DNA of 56,762 nucleotides, filler included, from Dugesia japonica (lineage: Eukaryota), in NCBI GenBank assembly GCA_001938525.1. It is 6 parts of 6 records of this genome, joined end to end, with 100 filler letters (N's around TTAATTAATTAA, not from the genome) between each part and the next. Parts side by side here need not be neighbours in the genome. Positions count along the whole stretch, not along the records: positions 47,147 to 56,762 come from MQRL01584035.1; 5 more parts are not named here. One strand, 5' to 3'. Each line of letters begins with the position of its first letter. Within the stretch, counting starts at the first letter, position 1. Shown piece by piece: positions 48,590 to 56,762 of the stretch. The notes under the pieces are model-generated. The model was not told the origin of the DNA. It ran no database searches and worked only from the letters and a program-made list of their open reading frames with translations. The translations under genes were made by a program, and so were the position numbers.

Positions 48590-50422
48590 TCCAATCATGT
48601 GCCAAGGAATCCAGCCATCAAGATACGAAGAAAGTTGTATTTATGTTAAACGAATAACATGCCCACTCTTAGCAATACAACTGGAGGAGAATTGTTTGCA
48701 ATGTATCAAGAAAATACAAATTATATTTAAAAATGCACTAAAGGCCATTTACGATCAAAGAGCATGGTTGTCCAGACAAGAAAATTGGTTTAGAAAAGAT
48801 TTTGATGGATCGCGAATTAAAAAACCATTTCAAGCACCTATTCATCAGTCCATCATCAAAAGATTATGTCTGCCATGCATGGGTAAATACAGTGAAGAGT
48901 TTTTAGCGTCCATTTGCGTATTTCACCGTACATTGGTACAATGGAATTTGATAAGAGTTTATCAACCTTCAATTATCCAATTACTATGGGGAATAGTCGG
49001 ACCACCCATTCAAAGAAAATACAAGTTAAAAGATATGGCGAAATTGGATGTAAAATCAGACGAATTAACCTCCAGAGAATCAGAGCCAGACAATATCAAA
49101 AATACCAGTGAAGAAGTAGAAAAGCTTGTGAAAATAATGGAAAAGCCATTCAAGGGTTAATGGAATAAAATGGATACGGAAGAGAAACAATTGGTCAGCA
49201 TAGCGCTAGGAAGGATGGAAAGAATGAAAATGACTATAGTATATAATGAGACAGAACAAGCGGAGAAAAAAACACAAGAAAATGAGGTACCACAAGAAAA
49301 CAAGAGTATAATTACAATGGAAGTAAAAATCAAATTGGCCTTGTTGTTATGGGCAGTAATCAACACAAGTTGGGATTATGGCATATTAATATGGCTGACC
49401 GTGAAACTCGTCAAAAATATGAGAAAAGGATACCCAAGATCAATCATAATTTTTAGAGTCGTGTGAATAATCCTATTATGGTTGTCGTTACCAATGTTGG
49501 CCAATGAACAAATATAGATAATACCTCAAACCGGGTTACCTAGTGGTCAAATTATACTAACTACTATACTAATAACTATAAAATGGAATGCAAAGTCAGG
49601 AATGTTGGGTAAACGAACTGGTATTGATAGAACATAGAATAATTGTCTGGAAAGAATTAACCATGGTTACAACCATTAGTCGGTCCGGGTTCACCAAAAA
49701 ACAGAAAACACGATCAGTAAGTCACACTGGAAAAATGACTTTTTTCCGATGATCAAAAGCCAAAAGAGTACGCTGGTAAGATTGCACCAAACCAAAGGAA
49801 AAATGGAATTGCACCTTTTAAATCAAGCGCCGCTAGAAGGTAGATCAATGCAATTCAACATGCACAAATGGGAAGTAGATCAGTTAGTGGACATTAAATG
49901 TGAAAATCCTAACAATCCGTTATTATACGAAACCAAGGCATGGTTTAAATTTGACGGAATTAGTAACATCCTGATATATTATCTAGAAGACTATATCCGA
50001 ATTAAGGAGGGAAATCTAGAAACACAGAGAACGAGGAAATAAAAACGTGTTTAACAAATGAATTTAATTATCATGCCATTATTTGGCAGAACAGACGTTT
50101 CCAGGTTAATATTTTTGGAAAAAAATTGGGCAGGGAAGGGAAAAAAGTATAACACTCAATCAAAGTAAAGGAGAACATTCAATTGTACATCACGAATTTA
50201 AAAGCTGGAAACCCTCCAAAACCTATAGTTTATCTAACAACTCTAGTTGGAACACCAAATAACAGTACAATGAGTAATCAAACTCAAATAAAGGGCACCA
50301 TCATAAAAATCTTTCCTAATATATCGTTACAAAAATCCTCGACAAATATCATTCTGCTGACTTACGCAAAACCCATCAATGTAAAGAAGTCGATTAGGAA
50401 AACAAACATTCAGTGTAAATAA
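48590..50422 (+). pseudogene. Decayed Gypsy integrase-like region followed by env-like/hydrophobic ORF fragments
   Basis: H..MC.G...CLQCIKK (HHCC-like); same A-rich strand bias as pol; hydrophobic segments LALLLWAVIN..GILIWL. Confidence 0.45.
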
Positions 50423-50744
50423 ACTGTAATTAATAACGGAACTATTGAGTAATATAGTGAAATTAACGTAACAAATAAACTTTCTATGTATTAATGTATA
50501 CTGTATCTCGATGTATAATGTAGTAAAATTTTATGTATAAGTATCCGACATTAATTTGATCTTGATCTGTCCATTTTATTATATGGTGAAAGGATTCTGC
50601 AACGGATATGGATAATTACAAATTCCGGGACGGAATTTAAACAAAACGAATTTATTATTTATATAAATTAATATTTATATAAAAAAANNNNNNNNNNNNN
50701 NNNNNNNNNNNNNNNNNNNNNNNNNNNNNNNNNNNNNNNNNNNN

Positions 50745-51450
50745 ACGGTAGGGCTATTATAATCATCAATAAAAGAATTCGAAAGGGAAAGCAATTAAGA
50801 TCATGGATAGGATATAATAAAAATAACCATTAAAAGAGCAAAATAAAAAGTGAAGATGGATATGAAGGTCTTGGGTCAACAAATCTAGCCTACATCAATT
50901 ACAATAATCAAAAGAAATTATGAAAGTAATAATAAAAGGCAAGAAAAGCATTACGGAAAAATAATTANNNNNNNNNNNNNNNNNNNNNNNNNNNNNNNNN
51001 NNNNNNNNNNNNNNNNNATAATTAATTATCGGAAAATTATAAATTAATTTTGGAATAAAATTAAACAAATTAGATAAAAATCAGTTTTCTATTAGTATCT
51101 TTGCTCAGGATAATCGCAGAGACTCAGAGAAAGAAAATCCGGAAAGGAAAAGATCGGGGGTATTATAATTTGGCAACTAAGAAACCATATCGTCACCAGG
51201 AGGACCCCTGTAAGCTTATGAAAAACGGACCAATGAGGGNNNNNNNNNNNNNNNNNNNNNNNNNNNNNNNNNNNNNNNTTGCACTCCAAAAATAACCACC
51301 AATGTAAGATCGGAAAATCTTGAGAAAAATCTAAAAATTGGCACCATCACCAATCAGAGATAAAAAATTTGAATTTAAAATAGAAACCCAATAGCAATGA
51401 AGTCAGGTTGTATCAAGAAAGGTATAAAAGGATTTCAAAAATTGTTTAAA
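50745..51450 (+). mobile_element. Possible non-LTR (L1/Tx1-like) ORF2 C-terminal relic
   Basis: EDGYEGLGSTNLAYIN resembles GGLG..L...N, and a PCKL fragment resembles zf-RVT; heavily decayed and gapped. Confidence 0.3.
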
Positions 51451-53570
51451 ACACACAAAAAGTTTTACTTTAATCGTTTAAAAGTTGCATTAATTACGAA
51501 GAAATCCAGTATCAAGTCTAACAATACTAAAAAGTTGTACCTTATTTGTGGAACTCAGCTATTAATCAAGTAATCAAGTTTTGATTAAACATAAAATTAT
51601 TTGTCTGGTTAAAAAGAAAGGAAAATATTCCCACAGAATAGATATTCATACGAATTTGGAAGTTAACCTCAGAAAAGAATCGCATTTAATCCGAGAAACC
51701 CGTGCAGATATCCTACTTACTTACGAAAGTAAAATTTTGTTGTTATAAATGTTGCTAAATAATCAAATTTTTATAATTTATAAATAAAAGCGTAATAAAA
51801 TTGACTAATCCTTTTTTATTTATAAGAAAATTCTGTGATAATTACATTAGAATCAATGTAGCATTAGACGCGATTTATTTGAGTGTGATATACCATTATC
51901 ATAAAATAAAAATGAACACTGGTATAATATATTTTTTTAACAAAAATTTATCNNNNNNNNNNNNNNNNNNNNNNNNNNNNNNNNNNNNNNNNNNNNNNNN
52001 NNNNNNNNNNNNNNNNNNNNNNNNNNNNNNNNNNNNNTTTTTAACATATGCTGCTAACATCTGTCCCCAATAATTCCAATTTTAGAAGTATTGCACTCTA
52101 CAATTGTCGATCAGTCTTGTATATTTCAAGTAGTAATAGCTAGAATTCGCAACAGATTTACCATTAGGCATGCAACATTATTAGTAAAGCTGCAGTGTAG
52201 TGTGTAATTTGCCGACACACATTTTGTTAATTTCGAACCTCTAACTATTTGTGAATGACTCAGTAGAGAATTATTCATTAGTCTCAGTGGGAGTGTGAAC
52301 AAATTAGCAATTTCAACACATTATATTTTATTTTTTGTTCATGACCACTCCCGGATAGACCGACAGTGATGACGAGATAAGTCTACTAATTCTATATACG
52401 AGGAGAGAAAATGGACAACCAACTATTTGTATTTCTACTCAACATCGAATTGCATTGTGATTACCCAATACAATCTCGTGGACTTTCTTTACGATAATCG
52501 GCTTTAATATGTCTGCTAAATTCACGATTTTTAATGGCACTACCATCTTCTTTGTCATTGTAACGTTTGATCATTATTAAGTACGGGATATTTGTCCAGA
52601 CTGATCCGATCATTTTACATTACTAGAATCCACTTTAATTTCTATAATTATATTCTTAATGTCTATAAGGATAATACTATGATTATTATTAAAATTAACA
52701 TAATTCATGTTACATTGGAAGGAGTATGTCTATTGCTGCTATCTATTATATATCTAATAGTATTAATATCGATATTATCATTAATACTATCCCTCAATGT
52801 ATTAATTTCTGAGGTCGTCATTCTAATTCATTTCTAATTATTAAAAAATTCTGGTCATATAGTGAATTATGGGCACGTGATACTGTAATAGTATATTTTA
52901 ATTAATGTTTTTCTGCTCCGCAAGGCCTTCTTTGAGTCCAAAAACACCTTTACGACCAACATTGTGAATAACGATTTAGTAATAGATGTCATTCCGATCC
53001 TTTGTTTATGCTTTCATCCCCAATTTTACTATTATTAAAGCTTGAGGGCACACTTCTATTTTTATAACCTTACGTCGAATGTTTAATTAAGTTCCAACTT
53101 GTTCTAGGAATTCTAGTTCAACCATGCGAGCACCAGGCAGTATGATTTGGATATTTTTTTTTGTTATATTCTGGGGACGCAAGATTGCGATTGCCTGATC
53201 ATGATTTGAATATTCATTAATTGTAGATAGTGTCATCCGGTTTGAGGAATATCCTCAAGTTAATTCGAAGACATCATAAGACAACCCGACTTAGACAACT
53301 ACTCGCTCACATACTGTCGCGTGGAAAGATAGAACATCCCGACGAAACTGATTTAGTGCCTAGATGTTCCTCTTGACGAATAATGTGAACATCGATGCTG
53401 AAAAAGAACCTCCTTAATTAAAAGATCTATCTCCGACGTTTTAGTGAATTTGTTAAACTAAATTTTATCTGGACTGATTTTTTTTATTCGTGTAATTACA
53501 ATTCTCTTTTAATAGATTGTTTCTCTTTTATTAATGCTTTGAATTTAATTTGTTATAGGACATTAGAGAA

Positions 53571-53997
53571 AATGGAATTTAAATGGGAAACCATATATGA
53601 CAGACGTACCAGCTGGATAGTTTTTAAAAGGTACAAGAACTCCCATGACTGGGACATGAGTGTGCTGGCCGATTACTCAAATTTATCTGCAGAAGAAGCC
53701 GAGGACAAACGAGAATGGGACGCTGCCGAGCGGAGCGCATACTATGAGTGTGACGGCCGCGACCGGTCACGGGAAGTGTATCATTTGGCTAGCGCGTTCC
53801 CTCCAATTCATAATGAAGAGATCGCCACCATCAGTGAATGGCGCGAAGGGCCTTCAATGATTCCTGTATCCACAGCTCATCTGCCACCTCGAGTCAGTTT
53901 AAGTGTCTCTATTAGTGATACCCTTTGGGACTTAAGGAATTCAGAGGTCGTTAATAATAACGAAAACACCGATACGGTAACTGATAACAGTACTTGA
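53571..53997 (+). CDS. Cassette E first ORF, unknown acidic protein
   Basis: GC-enriched open frame; TTATAG acceptor near 53558, ATG near 53572. Confidence 0.6.
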
Positions 53998-54280
53998 TTT
54001 TGATTATTGCATCGAAAATTGGTGTTCACTGTAATGAATTATATACATCTTGTGTTTGATTTCTTATCTTAATTACATTTCTTCCATTCGGTTAGAGGTA
54101 AAATACACACGTCATAATAGAAAGGTTTTGTTCGTTTAGAGGAGTTAAAATTAGCTCAGGAATTTTCTGGTTCGTGTTCATAGTCTATAATTCGGTAAAA
54201 GTTAGGTGAGTCAGATATTATTTCATAAATTAGTTATAATTCAAAAGGATTGATTTTGTAACTGTTGATTTTCGTTTATA

Positions 54281-54640
54281 GTGCACTCGTCCTTAAATCG
54301 TTCCTCCGCTCCGATGAAAAAGATGCGCGAATCGAGTGAGTACCAAGAAATGACTTGGGACCTCTATTGTCTCGCCAAGCGGCGATGGGAGGCCGATACT
54401 GCTGCGGTAGAGGCCAAAGTAAAGAGATATAAAGCCAAATGTGTCGCGTTCAGGAAGGAAGCTAAAGCGTCACATGGTCAAGAAAGAATATGGAAGACCC
54501 AGATAGAGTCTTTCAACGACGTGATCCGGTCCTACCAAGACCGAGAGAATAAACTGGTTAACAATATTCTAAAGTTGAAAACGGTCATGCCACTCAAACC
54601 TCTGATGGTGGACAAAGCGACTCAGACATCCCGTTCATGA
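54281..54640 (+). CDS. Cassette ORF-B distant homolog (copy E) with C-terminal KATQT motif
   Basis: KRRWE...FNDVIRSYQDRE aligns with RWKE...MADIIKIFADRE; TTTATAG|TG acceptor; AATAAA near 54669. Confidence 0.65.
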   Translation: MHSSLNRSSAPMKKMRESSEYQEMTWDLYCLAKRRWEADTAAVEAKVKRYKAKCVAFRKEAKASHGQERIWKTQIESFNDVIRSYQDRENKLVNNILKLKTVMPLKPLMVDKATQTSRS

Positions 54641-54777
54641 TCTTCGTTGTTCATACTTTGAATTGGTGAATAAAAGTTTCGATTGTAACATCTTGTCTTA
54701 ATTCTAAGGATTATTTTCTTTTTATAAATAGTCTTGAATTAAAAGTTAAGCTCTATTTTACTAACGTTATTCATTTA

Positions 54778-55140
54778 GTGACACGAATTACATTCCCAAA
54801 CAGCTTAAAGCGCTGTCATAGAATAATCCGGCGACTTCTGTTAGAACGCCAGCTCAAACGCCAGAACAAACGTGCCTTGCTCAAACACCTCGCACAGCGC
54901 AACAAGTTAATAAAAAAGACGGGCATCATTGTTAAAAAGCCGGGAGACCTAGCGGAACAAACAAAATTACTCCTCGAAAATAAAATCGAATTTTTAAAAT
55001 GATACATTGCGGATCTATTCCTCCAGCTAGGCAACACGTCGTGGTTACAATGGGATGATAATGATGATAATGCTGTATTTGATTTTATTCCAGAAGAGCC
55101 TACCCAGTGGTTAGACCCGTGTGCTNTCAACGAAATGTGA
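54778..55140 (+). pseudogene. Cassette E third ORF, basic/coiled-coil N-terminus and acidic-aromatic tail, one internal TGA
   Basis: TTTAG|TG acceptor; the frame continues past the TGA at 55000 as YIADLFLQLGNTSWLQWDDNDDNAVFDFIPEEPTQWLDP. Confidence 0.5.
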
Positions 55141-55236
55141 TTTGTAAATTAATACATATTAATAGTAACCTTTTGACTATTTATTTGATGACTATAGTAA
55201 TAGGGAAATAAATACGAACCCAAACTAAAGATGTAC

Positions 55237-55390
55237 GAGTGTGAACCTCAAGTAAGCATTAGAGGTCAACCGCTCTGCACTGAATATCTAATCTAGGGAC
55301 ATTAGATTTAAATTCTTGAAAGGGTACCCCTAAGGACCGTTTTTTCCCCGGTCAGTATACTTTTCAACATCAACTCAGGTAGAACCCCAA
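55237..55390. ncRNA. Diverged, expanded version of the cassette structured motif (copy E)
   Basis: Hairpin ACCTC-AAGTAAGCATTA-GAGGT, then CACTGAA and AGGTA...CCCC, in the same order as in copies A, C and D read on the ORF strand. Confidence 0.35.
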
Positions 55391-56319
55391 CAGAAGTCTG
55401 TGAAATTATATAAAAATTACTTTGAAGTCTATAGAAATATAACAAAGTATTTGTATGTTAGTTCATTTTTATTAAATATGACATGTGCAACACGAATGCA
55501 ACATATATCAATTTTTCAAATTTTTAATAATCTTTTTAAAATAAATTTTATCTATTTACAATTTGTCAGTAGTTAATTTATTCATTTTTTATTCCTGTTT
55601 AAAGTTTAAATGACTTATAACTCAATCTGTATTTATCAAACGGTATTGAAAACATGACAGATGTATTTTTCATTTCATTACCATTCTAATGATATCAAGT
55701 TTGATGCATGTTGATAAAGAAATGGTGCCAAAAACTAATTTTTAAAATATTTTTTAAAAATCCTTTGTTCTTTCTTATGTGATTTTATTGAAAAGTATAC
55801 ATTTTTGTATACTAATCTTTAAAACAATGTATAGATAGTTTGTAATTCTTTGCCAAATTGTATGAGAAAGAACTTTAAAAAATTCAACATGGTGGGTTTT
55901 ATTTACATTTAAAAGATTCTTTGTTTAATAACCTTTTATGATTGACTCACTAGAGTTTATTCATATATCAATTTGTCCGTCGTGTAATTGCGCGTCCAAA
56001 GATGTAAAGCTTGGCGCGATATCATGTTTCTACTTGACTCTGTTTACAAAAAACTAAATTCCTTTGTTCCCATTTTTCAAACGGAAAGAACCATTTTACG
56101 GTACAGGTTAATAAGACATTCAAATGCTACTTTAATTCTCTATCCGATAGTGTTACTCATTATTTAAGACCTTAAATGACCTTGGAAAAAAAAATTTTTT
56201 TTTAAAAATTTTTAAGAGAAATAAATTACAAAAAACAGTTAAACTATTTTTTTAAAAAAATGAAAAACAAAGAAAAAAAAATTTAATGAAAATTAAAAAT
56301 AAGTTCTGTCAGGGAGGGG

Positions 56320-56570
56320 TGGTTGAGTCATGATCTATAAAAATGATTAGTCATCATTAACACTTTGTAAAATTTCAACCAATCAAAATCGAGGATACTG
56401 GATAAGCGACCAATCAGATTTGAGAATACTAAATCACTGACTTTGGAAAAATTTTAAGAAAAACGATGACTCATGATCTATAAAAGCGATTAATCATGAT
56501 CTATAAAATGAAGACTCATTGTCTTTGCTGTAGTCATCGATGAGTCATTCTTATGAGTCATTGTCTTTGT
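56320..56570. promoter_or_regulatory. Cluster of TGAGTCA/TGACTCA (AP-1-like), TCATGATCTATAAAA and CCAATCA motifs
   Basis: TCATGATCTATAAAA three times (near 56328, 56471, 56494), several TGAGTCA/TGACTCA, two ACCAATCA. Confidence 0.45.
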
Positions 56571-56762
56571 TCTAAAAGTTCTTTGTCTAGAGGGGAAGGG
56601 GTGGGGGTGATCTAGTGCGCTATTATCTACATACTTGACCTTTAATCGCGATTTTAATAGGGAAGGAGTTATTTTACGATAAGGTTCATGACACAATCCT
56701 TTCTTACTTTTTAATTTCCTATCTGATCGTTCAAACAAAATAAAATTTTTAAAAAATTGAAA

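Overview
Very AT-rich eukaryotic (metazoan) draft sequence. The (AAT)n microsatellites and spliced genes are planarian-like, but that is inference only. The window is not one locus: five N-flanked TTAATTAATTAA linkers (10701, 19830, 28444, 38197, 47091) join six unrelated contigs of about 9-10 kb. Recognisable content: (i) a nearly intact Polinton/Maverick (adintovirus-like) segment at 10757-19785, minus strand, with pPolB carrying two N-terminal zf-met/U1-type zinc fingers, adenain protease, penton, a GG-cleavage core protein and a YPDL membrane protein; (ii) a second, decayed Polinton at 22074-27240, plus strand; (iii) the last two exons of a pyruvate kinase gene; (iv) a 327-aa orphan host ORF; (v) relics of hAT, Tc1/mariner, Gypsy and foldback elements. 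The feature that no annotation explains is a dispersed cassette seen five times on four different contigs. It has short acceptor-preceded coiled-coil ORFs sharing an [M/F]x[D/E][I/V]xxx[Y/F]x[D/N]RE motif, followed about 100-165 nt later by a conserved ~100-nt motif with compensatory base-pair changes. It is a candidate undescribed mobile or virus-like element with a structured RNA or ssDNA end. All alignments and translations outside the ORF track were done by eye.
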